Positions 11,001 through 19,529 of a stretch of 64,000 nucleotides of DNA are shown piece after piece; position 1 is the stretch's first letter; each line of letters opens with the position of its first letter. Under the pieces are notes generated by a model. That model was not told the origin of the DNA and searched no databases. It was given only the letters and a program-made list of their open reading frames with translations. The DNA comes from Candidatus Omnitrophota bacterium (lineage in GTDB: Bacteria; Omnitrophota; Gorgyraeia; Zapsychrales; Zapsychraceae), in the NCBI GenBank assembly GCA_015233115.1, contig JADFYJ010000009.1, positions 12,163-76,162 on the forward strand. Reading direction: 5' to 3'. A program made the translations under genes and the position numbers.

Positions 11001-11256
11001 TGCTCTTATGAAAAAAGAGAAAGGTTTCAATATTGATACGTTGAAATATTTTCCTAATTCGAAACAAGACGATAATGCTTTGTTAACAAAAGGCGGTATT
11101 GATTTTAATTCTGATCATGTTGTTTTGAGCGTTAATCAAGCTGACGGGAAATTTGATTTTAAAATTGATCCGGTTTTGATGGAACAATATCAGCATGTTG
11201 AAATTTTGCAAATTAAAATTCTCCAAATACTACCTATGAAGAATTTGACTGATTAA
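8044..11256 (+). CDS. Giant secreted multidomain protein (1070 aa). Same N-terminal module fused to an NAD-dependent epimerase/dehydratase (GalE-like) domain.
   Basis: ATG at 8044 directly follows the TAG of the upstream gene. N-terminal paralogy to 3763..8043. Rossmann motif LLTGAGYIGS and YSESK (YxxxK) catalytic motif around nt 9640-10600. Confidence 0.75.
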   Translation: MFQTLHKNFWRMRAFCSIFTGVISLVFCVPLGYSQMISGTAALYSNNASGLTASYAPTIVRGINVYPDNPLKFDFIIDKGQSKLGPTAFEQESQKLIRYFLASVTIPQKDMWVNLSPTEPDRIIPQIFGQTEMGRDLLTQDYLLKQLTAALLRPDSEVGAKFWDAVYSKIYEERKDRSSNNFDIPADILSKIWIVPDTAQLSEHDKGVDIVNTHLKVMTENEYFNDQSSPVYPLSSLIKQIILPAIEKEVNEGQTFSNLRQIYNSMILAKWYKARLKQSLLGQVYANKNKINGVRIKDRIQINDIYNKYLEIFKLSVNETIKEEYDPEAGKIVARKYLSGGYAGQNADYAMVDETDPSKEQPAIDPVKVTVELFGQMNPSSDNRQLLKAAGHLLDAEHARLDQSNYWKARLMQILDISLPPNFDCELNHPNAVNMSDSDIYEKIKRYGTFIKIFMEKIPYYKLVAVIFTKDWQLKFIEKSNDNNLDETTYYFTDDGRLETEVASVKDIGILDFLQLDPRISQYLTSSNVNPMIHNGKTVLLTGAGYIGSAIISTYLQYGTQVIIYDRNPYKSEYLSLVANHKNVIIVRGDLNDPDRLRSEVMDKYHIDLVVHLAGVTSPRESMNYPEKYFHENILGTMNLLHAMSKYQIKHFIFASTADVYGGNEEMFDERDETYPGNPYSESKWLLEIMAEYFSKQYGFNYVAFRIFNAAGAFFDNPLHSDDGQYFGEINRTSLLARAIESQLRPQEVTLTIMGKPVRDFIHIKDIANACLKASAYLYVGEENLTLNLGTGRKTSVPDVIDMLKKIFIENGRVWHEITQGPAVAGSVQQSTADFSKAFNKIGWWPEYSLTSILRTAVLFHFQQFIRGDHPVNANESVSDNILPQPEIFAKKVYDQVGKDTEMVNSFKFEILFRLLVDVLTALPDKDRRRNALLKNASDIKAQTGNAIDAIADKKAGQRFWEKFGEYILSYWDLDPIYQQIFLELNALMKKEKGFNIDTLKYFPNSKQDDNALLTKGGIDFNSDHVVLSVNQADGKFDFKIDPVLMEQYQHVEILQIKILQILPMKNLTD

Positions 11257-11346
11257 AATCATTAAAATCATATCACTTATGTTGACTTTTGTGGATGTAT
11301 CAGTTACAATCAAAAACAATTTTAAACTTATAACTAGGAGGTTGGC

Positions 11347-11517
11347 ATGGAGAAGTTGTCGTTCTATGATGTCAAATTAAAGAAGAAGTTTGATGCTGAT
11401 ACTTATGAAGTCCGTGAAAAGAACGGTCGTTTTTTTGCCGTTACAAAATCACCGGCCGGCGCACATGAATGCTGGAGAGTTTTGAGCAAGGATCAAGCGG
11501 CCAAACTTAAGAAATAA
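11347..11517 (+). CDS. Small hypothetical protein of 56 aa, not in the ORF track (below its length cut-off)
   Basis: Strong RBS AGGAGG 6 nt upstream of ATG 11347. Translation MEKLSFYDVKLKKKFDADTYEVREKNGRFFAVTKSPAGAHECWRVLSKDQAAKLKK. Confidence 0.5.
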   Translation: MEKLSFYDVKLKKKFDADTYEVREKNGRFFAVTKSPAGAHECWRVLSKDQAAKLKK

Positions 11518-11660
11518 ATTTTAATTATTTTGATCATTATTTTTTTAGAGAGGAAATTTGCACTATCGCACGGTCAACACCTTCTAAACCTATTGATTTT
11601 GTTAATAAAATAGCGCAGTTCGCAGCCGATAAAAAAGCGGAGAGCATTACGATCCTGGAA

Positions 11661-11951
11661 ATGAAGGATATCGTTAATTTCTGTGATTATTTTGTGATTT
11701 GCACGGGAAATACCGACCGTCATGTCAAGGCAATTGCTGACAATATTGAGGATGAATTGGCTAAGTCAGGAATGAAGATTTCACCTAAGCAACGTACGGG
11801 AAAGAATGATTGGGTTATCTTTGATATTGGTGATATTGTGGTGCATGTTTTTCAAAAAGATACTCGTGAATTTTATCAATTAGAGTATCTTTGGCGTGAC
11901 GCGAAGAAGATCGACTGGGTTGAAGTTATTCCTCCTAAAAAAACAAATTAA
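11661..11951 (+). CDS. rsfS: Ribosome silencing factor RsfS (Iojap family)
   Basis: DYFVICTGNTDRHVKAIAD...DWVIFDIGDIVVHVF...REFYQLEYLW matches the RsfS core. The frame stays open about 50 codons upstream (..KPIDFVNKIAQFAADKKAESITILE) without an ATG/GTG/TTG, so the true start is uncertain. Confidence 0.8.
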   Translation: MKDIVNFCDYFVICTGNTDRHVKAIADNIEDELAKSGMKISPKQRTGKNDWVIFDIGDIVVHVFQKDTREFYQLEYLWRDAKKIDWVEVIPPKKTN

Positions 11952-11954
11952 TAG

Positions 11955-12005
11955 ACCCATGGAACACCGCGCCGGTGGACTTTATCCACCGACGCGGTGT
12001 TTTTA
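11955..12005 (+). terminator. GC-rich palindrome (REP-B family) plus T-run; likely rsfS terminator
   Basis: GGAACACCGCGCCGGTGGAC-tttat-CCACCGACGCGGTGTTTTT. Confidence 0.55.
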
Positions 12006-12010
12006 ATCTT

Positions 12011-13684
12011 ATGTTCCAAGATATCCAACAAAAATTAGCCAGTATTATCAATGAGGTGTTGAAAAAAACAGCACCTGAAGGTATTGATTTGCCGTTAGTA
12101 GAATGGGAAATCCCGATTGAAAAAGAATTTGGGGATCTATCGACAACTATCGCCTTAAAAGCTGCTAAAATTTTTCGTAAACCTCCTGCCATTATCGCGC
12201 AAGATTTAATCACTAAGATTAATGACGCGTTAGTTCACTCGCCATTTAAAATTAAAATTGAAAAAATTGAAGTCAAGAGTCCTGGTTTTATTAATTTTTT
12301 CTTTAGCGCCCAGTATTTCCGTGATGTTTTGGAAAGTATTTTAACGGCGGGGAATGATTTTGGCCGTTTAGATTTTGGCCGGAATGAAAAACTTATGGTC
12401 GAATTTGTAAGCGCGAATCCGACTGGACCTTTAAGCGTGGCGCACGCGCGTCAGGCTGCTGTCGGCGACGCTTTGGTGAATATTTTATGTTATATTGGGT
12501 TCGACGCAAAAAAAGAATATTATGTGAATGACGGAGGGAACCAGATTCGTATTTTAGGCAATTCAGTCCGTTTACGCGCGTTTGAATTATTGGGCAGGCA
12601 GGTGGATTATCCTGAAGATTATTACCAAGGCGACTATATCCGCGATATGGCACAACTTTTCATGGATCAACGTTCGATAAAAACGCTTGAGGCGTTAGAT
12701 CAACTGAATGAAAAAGATTTTATGGATTTTGCCGGCGGTTATTTATTGGATGTGAACCGTAAAGAATTGGAAGATTTCGGTGTACAATATGATTGTTGGT
12801 CATTTGAATCTAAAGTGGCAGGCAAAGAAAATATTAAAAAAGTTTTGGATGAAATTGCGCAAAAAGGGCTGATTTATGAGAAGGACGGGGCTTTGTGGTT
12901 TAAGACCACAGATTTAGGCGATGATAAAGACCGGGTCGTCCGTAAGAGTGATGGAAGCTTTACTTATTTGGCCCCTGACATTGTTTACCATAAAAATAAA
13001 TTTGATCGCGGGTTTAGCCGCGTATTTGATATTTTAGGCCCGGATCACCATGGATATATTCCGCGTCTTAAGGCGGCAGCGCAGGCTTTGGGCCGTAACC
13101 GTGATGATGTGGAAGTTCTGATTGTCCAGCTGGCGACTATTATCCGCGATGGGCAAATATTATCCATGTCGACCCGCAAAGGGCAATATATTACTTTGCG
13201 CGAAGTTTTGGATGAAGTGGGCAAAGATGCCGCCCGGTATTTCTTTTTAATGCGTCATATTAAGGCGCAGTTGGAATTTGATCTGGAGGTGGCTAAAAAA
13301 CAGACTGCTGAAAACCCGGTTTATTATATTCAATATGGTCATGCCCGGGTTCATAGTATCAATGAAAAAGCAGCGGTTTCCGGAGTAGTCGCGAAGACAG
13401 CCGGTTTTCAATACCTAAACGAGGAAGAAGAGATAAATCTCATAAAGAAGATAAATGGTTTTTCATCCGCTTTGCTGGCTTGTTATAAACAGATGGATCC
13501 GTATCCTTTGGCGAGCTATTTGCTTGAATTGGCTACCGCGTTCCATAGATTTTATGATAAGCACCGCGTCATTACGGAGGATCTTCCTTTATCATCTGAG
13601 CGTCTGGCTTTGGCCAACGCGGCCCGGGTCACGCTGGCAAATGGGCTTAAGCTCATTGGAGTGACTGCGCCATCAAAAATGTGA
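12011..13684 (+). CDS. argS: Arginine--tRNA ligase
   Basis: Class I signature SANPTGPLSVAHAR. Typical ArgS length and C-terminal anticodon-binding region. Start moved to MFQDIQQ (12011), downstream of a palindromic terminator-like element. Confidence 0.9.
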   Translation: MFQDIQQKLASIINEVLKKTAPEGIDLPLVEWEIPIEKEFGDLSTTIALKAAKIFRKPPAIIAQDLITKINDALVHSPFKIKIEKIEVKSPGFINFFFSAQYFRDVLESILTAGNDFGRLDFGRNEKLMVEFVSANPTGPLSVAHARQAAVGDALVNILCYIGFDAKKEYYVNDGGNQIRILGNSVRLRAFELLGRQVDYPEDYYQGDYIRDMAQLFMDQRSIKTLEALDQLNEKDFMDFAGGYLLDVNRKELEDFGVQYDCWSFESKVAGKENIKKVLDEIAQKGLIYEKDGALWFKTTDLGDDKDRVVRKSDGSFTYLAPDIVYHKNKFDRGFSRVFDILGPDHHGYIPRLKAAAQALGRNRDDVEVLIVQLATIIRDGQILSMSTRKGQYITLREVLDEVGKDAARYFFLMRHIKAQLEFDLEVAKKQTAENPVYYIQYGHARVHSINEKAAVSGVVAKTAGFQYLNEEEEINLIKKINGFSSALLACYKQMDPYPLASYLLELATAFHRFYDKHRVITEDLPLSSERLALANAARVTLANGLKLIGVTAPSKM

Positions 13685-13727
13685 GCTCTTGCTTCCGCAA
13701 TTAAATTTTAATGAGCGGAAGGAATTT

Positions 13728-15419
13728 ATGGAAAAAATTTGGCATATTTTGCCTAGCCATCCTAAGCGTCAAGCTGAATTGGTTTCTGCACTTCATATCC
13801 ATCCGATTGTTGCCCAACTTTTAATTAATCGAGACATTCAAGAACCCGAGGCCGCAAAATTGTTTTTATCAGCGGAAATGGAAGGGTTGTTAGACCCGTT
13901 TACGATGAAAGGCATACCTGAAGCTGTAGATCGTCTTAAATTGGCGCGGGACCGCAAAGAAAAAGTGTTAATTTATGGCGATTATGATGTGGATGGTGTC
14001 ACAGCATCGGCCTTGCTCCATGATACGTTTCAGCAGTATGGCTTAAACGTGGATAATCATATTCCGCACCGCATGCTGCATGGTTATGGTCTAAACATGG
14101 AAATTGGGGAGATGGCGAAGAAGGATGGGGTATCCTTGATCGTAACTGTGGATTGCGGGATTAACGCGTGCGAGGCCGTGGACGTGGTCAATAGTTTTGG
14201 AATTGATGTCATTATAATTGATCATCACGAACCAGCCGAACAATTGCCTAAAGCCTTGGTTATTATTAATCCGAAACAAAAGGAATGCTCCTATCCTTTT
14301 AAAGATTTAGCCGGTGTCGGTTTGGCGGCCAAAATATCCCAGGCGCTGATTGGCCAGATCACTGATGAAGCTTTGGATTTTGCCGCGATCGGGACTGTGG
14401 CTGACATTGTACCGCTGTTAGGCGAGAACCGGATTATTGTGAAGAATGGCTTGAAGCGTTTGAATCAGACCAGAAATAAGGGGTTAAAAGCGCTTTTAGA
14501 GATTGCGAAAATTTTGGGGAAAGATATCAGGCCTTTTCATGTTGGTTTTATTTTGGGCCCGCGGATTAACGCGGCAGGGCGCATGGATTCAGCGCATGAT
14601 TCATTAGATTTGTTTTTAGCTCAGGACGATGAGAAAGCCCGCGGTTTTGCGGCTGAGTTGGAAAAACACAATACCATGCGTCAACTGATGCAAAAGGAAG
14701 TCATTGAAGAGGCTTTGGCGATTGTGGAGCAGGAAGTTAATTTTAACGAAGATAAAGTGATTGTGATATGCAAAGAAGGGTGGCACAAAGGCGTTTTGGG
14801 CATTGTTGCGTCCCGTATTACGGATAAATATTTTCGGCCGGCTGTGGTGATTTCAGTTGAGGACGGGGTGGGTACTGCATCAGCACGATCCATTGATGGT
14901 TTCCATTTGCACGATGCGCTGTTAGCATGTTCAGAACTCTTGGTGCGTTTTGGCGGGCATGAAGGGGCAGCTGGCTTAACGATCAAAGAAGAAAATATTG
15001 AATTGTTCCGAAAACAAATTAATCACATTGCGTGTAAAAATCTAGAGCAGAAAAAATTGGTGCCAACGATTCATATAGATTGTGAAGTGGCGCTGGCTGA
15101 CATTAATTTGGAATTAGCACATACCGTTGATACCATGGAACCCTTTGGCGAGGGGAATCCTGAACCAGTTTTTTGCGTTTTAGGCGTGACAGTCAAAAGC
15201 CGGCCTCAAGTAATGGGTAAAGAAACAATTAAGTTTTGGGTCAGTGATGACCATGCCGCGATTTCTGCCGTAGGTTTTGGAATGGGCCGTTTTGCTGAGA
15301 TAATTGATGTGGGTTCCAAAGTTGACCTGGCGTTTAATATTGGTATTGATGATTGGAATAAAGCCCCGGTTGCGCAGTTGAAGCTGAAGGATGTAAGATT
15401 GACATGTCAGAAAATTTAA
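13728..15419 (+). CDS. recJ: Single-stranded-DNA-specific exonuclease RecJ
   Basis: DHH motifs (GDYDVDGVTASALL, IIIDHHEP) and a DHHA1 region. AAGGA RBS before ATG 13728. The ORF-track start at 13689 is a TTG. Confidence 0.85.
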   Translation: MEKIWHILPSHPKRQAELVSALHIHPIVAQLLINRDIQEPEAAKLFLSAEMEGLLDPFTMKGIPEAVDRLKLARDRKEKVLIYGDYDVDGVTASALLHDTFQQYGLNVDNHIPHRMLHGYGLNMEIGEMAKKDGVSLIVTVDCGINACEAVDVVNSFGIDVIIIDHHEPAEQLPKALVIINPKQKECSYPFKDLAGVGLAAKISQALIGQITDEALDFAAIGTVADIVPLLGENRIIVKNGLKRLNQTRNKGLKALLEIAKILGKDIRPFHVGFILGPRINAAGRMDSAHDSLDLFLAQDDEKARGFAAELEKHNTMRQLMQKEVIEEALAIVEQEVNFNEDKVIVICKEGWHKGVLGIVASRITDKYFRPAVVISVEDGVGTASARSIDGFHLHDALLACSELLVRFGGHEGAAGLTIKEENIELFRKQINHIACKNLEQKKLVPTIHIDCEVALADINLELAHTVDTMEPFGEGNPEPVFCVLGVTVKSRPQVMGKETIKFWVSDDHAAISAVGFGMGRFAEIIDVGSKVDLAFNIGIDDWNKAPVAQLKLKDVRLTCQKI

Positions 15420-15421
15420 GA

Positions 15422-15775
15422 GTCACAAGGACACAAAGTCACAAGGTCACAAAGGGTAGTGAAGATTTGAAAAAAGGCGGATGGGATCACAAAAGATATG
15501 AAAATTATGTCATATGTTTGTGAATTATGCTAATAGGGATGATAGGCAATTTATCGTTTTAACTTTGAGTATTCAGATAATTGTTTTGATTTAAATTTAT
15601 TATTTATATTTTTTTTGTAACTTTGTGCTCGTGAGATTTTTTACATGTGTTATTAAATAAAAAAAAGACCATAAAATTTTTATGGTCTTTTTTATATCGT
15701 TTTTAATTTTTATAATATCGCTTTTTTTATCTTTATTACCCTTTGTGACCTTGTGACTTTGTGCCCTTGTGACCT
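15422..15775. repeat. Intergenic module: inverted arrays of GTCACAA heptamers flanking an AT-rich core with the bidirectional terminator
   Basis: Left AGTCACAAGGACACAAAGTCACAAGGTCACAAAGGG (15422-15458). Right CCCTTTGTGACCTTGTGACTTTGTGCCCTTGTGACC (15740-15775), its reverse complement. Confidence 0.7.
15657..15694. terminator. Bidirectional intrinsic terminator between the convergent genes recJ and rpmB
   Basis: AAAAAAAAGACCATAAAATTTTTATGGTCTTTTTTAT: perfect 10-bp stem flanked by A-run and T-run. Confidence 0.75.
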
Positions 15776-15779
15776 TTTA

Positions 15780-16007
15780 TTAGGCTTTCGTAATTTTTCC
15801 TGCCTGGATACAGCTGGTGCAGACATCGGCGCGCTTGATTGTTCCGTCTAAATTGATTTTGATTTTTTGTAAATTGGGTTCAAACGTGCGGAAAGTTTTT
15901 CCGACGACCTTAGAACCGGCGCCGCCTTTATTTTTTGCCATACCGCGTCTTTTATATTTTGCGCCCGGTTGGGTGGTTTTTTGACAAATAATACATTCTT
16001 TAGCCAT
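15780..16007 (-). CDS. rpmB: 50S ribosomal protein L28
   Basis: 75 aa, C-x-x-C...C-x-x-C zinc-ribbon form. PNLQKIKIN motif is typical of bL28. Confidence 0.8.
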   Translation of the reverse strand: MAKECIICQKTTQPGAKYKRRGMAKNKGGAGSKVVGKTFRTFEPNLQKIKINLDGTIKRADVCTSCIQAGKITKA

Positions 16008-16137
16008 GGGTCAATGTTCCTTGTAATATTATTGAAAAATGATTAGACATAATTCTTTCTTGAGAGTAAAAGTATACTAATGTTTTATGATTTGTCAAGG
16101 GCAAACAAGGGGTACAATTTTAATAGAGGGGAGTTTT

Positions 16138-17859
16138 ATGAGTATTGCCGGTGAGCATTTAAAAGGATTTGCGCCATATCAGGAGCGTCATTTTTTGAAC
16201 ATCAATGATAATTTAGGCGATTGGGAAACAATTAAAAAGTATTATGAGCTGTTGCTCAATCGTTTGATCACGACTAGCCTTGATATGGAACAATGGGTTC
16301 TGGATCGTTCGGAAATGGAAGCGGCCATAGACCAGCAAAGTTCCATTCTGTATATTCTCATGACTTGCCAAACGGATAATGAGCAAAGGGCAAAGGATTA
16401 CAGCCGTTTTATCGAAGAGATCACACCGGCCATGAAGCCTTATGAACAAAATCTTGACTTATTCTTGCTTAAAAATGTTCAACAATATCCACTCGAAAAT
16501 ACGCGGTACAAATTGTATATTCAAAAAATCCGACAGGACGTAGAGTTGTTCCGGAAAGAGAATATTTTGTTAGAGACGGAAGTTGATCTATTAAGCCAAG
16601 AGTATCAATCTATATGCGGACAGATGGGCGTTGAATTTGACGGACAGGAACATACTTTACCGCAAATGGAAAAATATCTCCACGAACCGGATCGCGATTT
16701 GCGGGAACGGGCTTGGCGCGCGATCAGTAGAAAAAGACTGAGCGTTAAAGATTCATTAAATAAAATATTTGACCGGATGCTGCAATTGCGTGACCAAATC
16801 GGCCGCAACAGCGGATTCGCTAATTACCGGGATTACAAATTTAAAGCATTGCACCGGTTCGATTACACGCCGGAAGATTGTCGCAATTATCATGCGGCTA
16901 TTGAAAAATTCGTAGTTCCAGTTTGGAAAAAAATTTTGTACCGTCGCAGGTTACAAATGAAATTGGATGCCTTGCGCCCGTGGGATACATCTGTTGATCC
17001 ATTGGGCCGGTCGCCTTTGAAGCCTTTTGTCGAGGATCATCAGCTGACAGAAAAATGTTCGAAAATTTTTGCTCGTGTAGATGACTCATTAGGGTACCAG
17101 TTTAAAGAGATGAGTCAGTGGGGAATGTTAGACTTGGAGAGCCGCAAAGGCAAGGCGCCGGGAGGATATCAATCGACCCTGAATGAGGCAAGGAAGCCGT
17201 TTATTTTTATGAATGCTGTGGGAATTGATTCCGATGTGCGGACTTTGCTGCATGAGGGCGGGCATGCATTTCATGCTTTGGCCTGTAGTCATGACCCCCT
17301 ATTAGACTACCGGCATGCTCCTATGGAATTTTGTGAAGTGGCATCCATGAGTATGGAACTATTAGGAGGCGAATTTTTAACCGAATTTTATAGTTCAGAC
17401 GAATTGTTACGCTCTAAATCAGAGCATTGGGAAGATGTGATTTTTATATTAGTGTGGGTTGCCGTTATTGATAGTTTTCAACATTGGATATATGAAAATC
17501 CTCACCACACCAATGATCAAAGGATTAAAATTTGGAAACAGATTCGCTCAAGGTTCGGCGCAGAGGCCGTTGATTGGTCAGGATTCGACGAGGAGCACGC
17601 GTATTTATGGCATAAGCAACTACACATTTTTGAAGTGCCATTTTATTACATCGAATATGGCATAGCCCAGTTGGGAGCCTTGCAAGTGTGGCTGAACTTC
17701 CGGAAGGATTATAAGCGTGCGGTAGGAGCATATAAGCAGGCTTTGGCATTAGGAGGCAGCCGTCCATTGCCGGAATTATTCCAGGCGGCAGGGATTAAAT
17801 TTGATTTCAGCGAAAAGACTATTAAGCCTCTTCTAGACGCTGTCGAAAAAGAACTCTGA
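16138..17859 (+). CDS. pepF: Oligoendopeptidase F (M3B family)
   Basis: HEGGHAFH zinc motif. Length and layout fit PepF. GAGGGG RBS before ATG 16138. Confidence 0.85.
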   Translation: MSIAGEHLKGFAPYQERHFLNINDNLGDWETIKKYYELLLNRLITTSLDMEQWVLDRSEMEAAIDQQSSILYILMTCQTDNEQRAKDYSRFIEEITPAMKPYEQNLDLFLLKNVQQYPLENTRYKLYIQKIRQDVELFRKENILLETEVDLLSQEYQSICGQMGVEFDGQEHTLPQMEKYLHEPDRDLRERAWRAISRKRLSVKDSLNKIFDRMLQLRDQIGRNSGFANYRDYKFKALHRFDYTPEDCRNYHAAIEKFVVPVWKKILYRRRLQMKLDALRPWDTSVDPLGRSPLKPFVEDHQLTEKCSKIFARVDDSLGYQFKEMSQWGMLDLESRKGKAPGGYQSTLNEARKPFIFMNAVGIDSDVRTLLHEGGHAFHALACSHDPLLDYRHAPMEFCEVASMSMELLGGEFLTEFYSSDELLRSKSEHWEDVIFILVWVAVIDSFQHWIYENPHHTNDQRIKIWKQIRSRFGAEAVDWSGFDEEHAYLWHKQLHIFEVPFYYIEYGIAQLGALQVWLNFRKDYKRAVGAYKQALALGGSRPLPELFQAAGIKFDFSEKTIKPLLDAVEKEL

Positions 17860-17861
17860 TC

Positions 17862-17900
17862 GATGAACCACCGACGCGGTGGTCTATCGGTTTAAAAAAT
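17862..17900 (+). terminator. REP-B hairpin plus T-rich tail after pepF
   Basis: GAACCACCGACGCGGTGGTC then TTTAAAAAATAAATATTTTTTC. Confidence 0.5.
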
Positions 17901-18004
17901 AAATATTTTTTCTTGGGTGTAAATTTTGTTGTGTTAGAATAAAAAAGTTAGCAATAAATTATCAAATTCAAAAGAATTTCAGGCGACTACTTTGAGGGGA
18001 TAAA

Positions 18005-18226
18005 ATGCAGAAGAAAAAAAAGACTAATCTGTCATGGTTTTTACTGACAGCTTTTATAGTTGGTTTATTTGCGCCGGTTTTTTTTGTGAAGACGTTTTTA
18101 AGGGTCGATAAAAATAAAGATGCTGCCAGTAGAAATATTTATGCCGCGCAAACGATCGATCGTCGTCAACAAGCTCAAGATATTGAATTTCTATATGCCG
18201 ATATCAATAAACCGAAAGGTCGGTAA
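18005..18226 (+). CDS. Small membrane protein, hypothetical
   Basis: GAGGGG RBS 7 nt upstream. Single TM helix LSWFLLTAFIVGLFAPVFFV. A -35/-10-like TTGGGT-N16-TAGAAT lies upstream around 17911-17940. Confidence 0.45.
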   Translation: MQKKKKTNLSWFLLTAFIVGLFAPVFFVKTFLRVDKNKDAASRNIYAAQTIDRRQQAQDIEFLYADINKPKGR

Positions 18227-18228
18227 AC

Positions 18229-18819
18229 ATGAAAGTTGTTAAGTTTTTCATTGCGCTTTTTGTGGGAATTTTGGGGGTAACCAGCGCTGCGTTGGCATTT
18301 GAAAAACGCTTAGCTGCTCCGGCGGATATTCTGCGCCTTAAAAGTGATTTAGTTCAGCAAGTTATTAAGGCCGATGTGGTTCGCATGAAAGATATCCGCG
18401 CCGTATATGGGGATCCGGCTACGATTACAGAGACGGGGAGGCGAATTGTTTTTGATTATAATGACCTTTTTTTGGAATTTGAAAAACAAGTTTTATTTAG
18501 AAAATGGGGTCACGATTTTTCTCAGCCTCAGGCCTGGAGCGCGAATGTTAAAAAAGCCAGAACAGCTATTGAAGGCGGACAAATAACGGGAACTGAATAT
18601 ACTTTGGATCGTTTATACAAAGATTATAAAGATCCAACATTTAAAGTTGAAACTTCCGGCGATGGTGAGCTGTCATATTATTATTATGGAGAAATGAAAT
18701 TAACTTTTGAAAATGTCTATGTTTTGAAATCCTGGAAAGGCAAAAAATTAGAAGCTGTTTATAACACTGGCGTGTTGCAAGCCGTTCCAGAACCAATTCC
18801 TGTTCCTGCGCCTAAATAG
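18229..18819 (+). CDS. Secreted hypothetical protein
   Basis: Signal peptide MKVVKFFIALFVGILGVTSAALA. Stop codon abuts MITE copy J. Confidence 0.55.
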   Translation: MKVVKFFIALFVGILGVTSAALAFEKRLAAPADILRLKSDLVQQVIKADVVRMKDIRAVYGDPATITETGRRIVFDYNDLFLEFEKQVLFRKWGHDFSQPQAWSANVKKARTAIEGGQITGTEYTLDRLYKDYKDPTFKVETSGDGELSYYYYGEMKLTFENVYVLKSWKGKKLEAVYNTGVLQAVPEPIPVPAPK

Positions 18820-18911
18820 GTGTCTGCACTCGGCTGAGCATTGTCGCTCGGCATGTGAGCGGCAAAAAGCATTCTTTTTGAACTAATTGTTCTTGGCTGA
18901 GGTCTGACACC
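18819..18911 (+). mobile_element. MITE-family copy J (intergenic, 93 bp)
   Basis: TIRs GGTGTCTGCACTCGGCTGAG / TGGCTGAGGTCTGACACC. Confidence 0.6.
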
Positions 18912-18932
18912 ATTTTTAAAAAACCCAAAATT

Positions 18933-19448
18933 TTGCTTCATAAAGGTCAACATCTGCAGTTTGTCTGCCAGGGGGGGTGGGAATATATCGAACGGACCAA
19001 TTGTTCTGGGGCCGTGATTATTTTGGCTATGACGGATGATAATAAAGTGTTGTTTGTGGAACAATTCCGCCCGCCGGTTCAAAAGCGGGTTATTGAATTT
19101 CCCGCCGGTTTGGTTGATGATAAATTTTCTACCAAAAAAGAATCTATAATTTCAGCTGCCCGTCGGGAGTTATTCGAAGAGACCGGGTATCAGGCCAAGA
19201 AGATTGTTAAGGTTATAGACGGGCCAGCTTCGTGCGGCACCAGTTCGGAAATGTTAACCATGGTACAGGCTATGGGTTTAAAAAAGGCAGGTCAAGGCGG
19301 CGGCGTTGATGGCGAGGCTATAAAACACTATGAAGTGCCGTTAGCTGAAGTGGAACAATGGCTCAACATGAAACGCCGGAGCGGTTGCTTGATTGGCCCT
19401 AGAATTTATGCTGGACTTTACTTTTTAAACAAATATAATGAGGGTTAA
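18933..19448 (+). CDS. NUDIX hydrolase (ADP-ribose pyrophosphatase-like)
   Basis: Nudix box AARRELFEETGY. Confidence 0.8.
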   Translation: MLHKGQHLQFVCQGGWEYIERTNCSGAVIILAMTDDNKVLFVEQFRPPVQKRVIEFPAGLVDDKFSTKKESIISAARRELFEETGYQAKKIVKVIDGPASCGTSSEMLTMVQAMGLKKAGQGGGVDGEAIKHYEVPLAEVEQWLNMKRRSGCLIGPRIYAGLYFLNKYNEG

Positions 19449-19529
19449 TTATTTGGTTGTTGGTTTTTTGTTATTGGTTGCAGGAATAATCTGATTTTGT
19501 TTAAAAACTATCAACTCACAAATTTATTT

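Noticed and set aside
13455-13664. 69-aa + strand ORF inside argS
   Set aside because: It is an alternative frame of argS, with no independent support.
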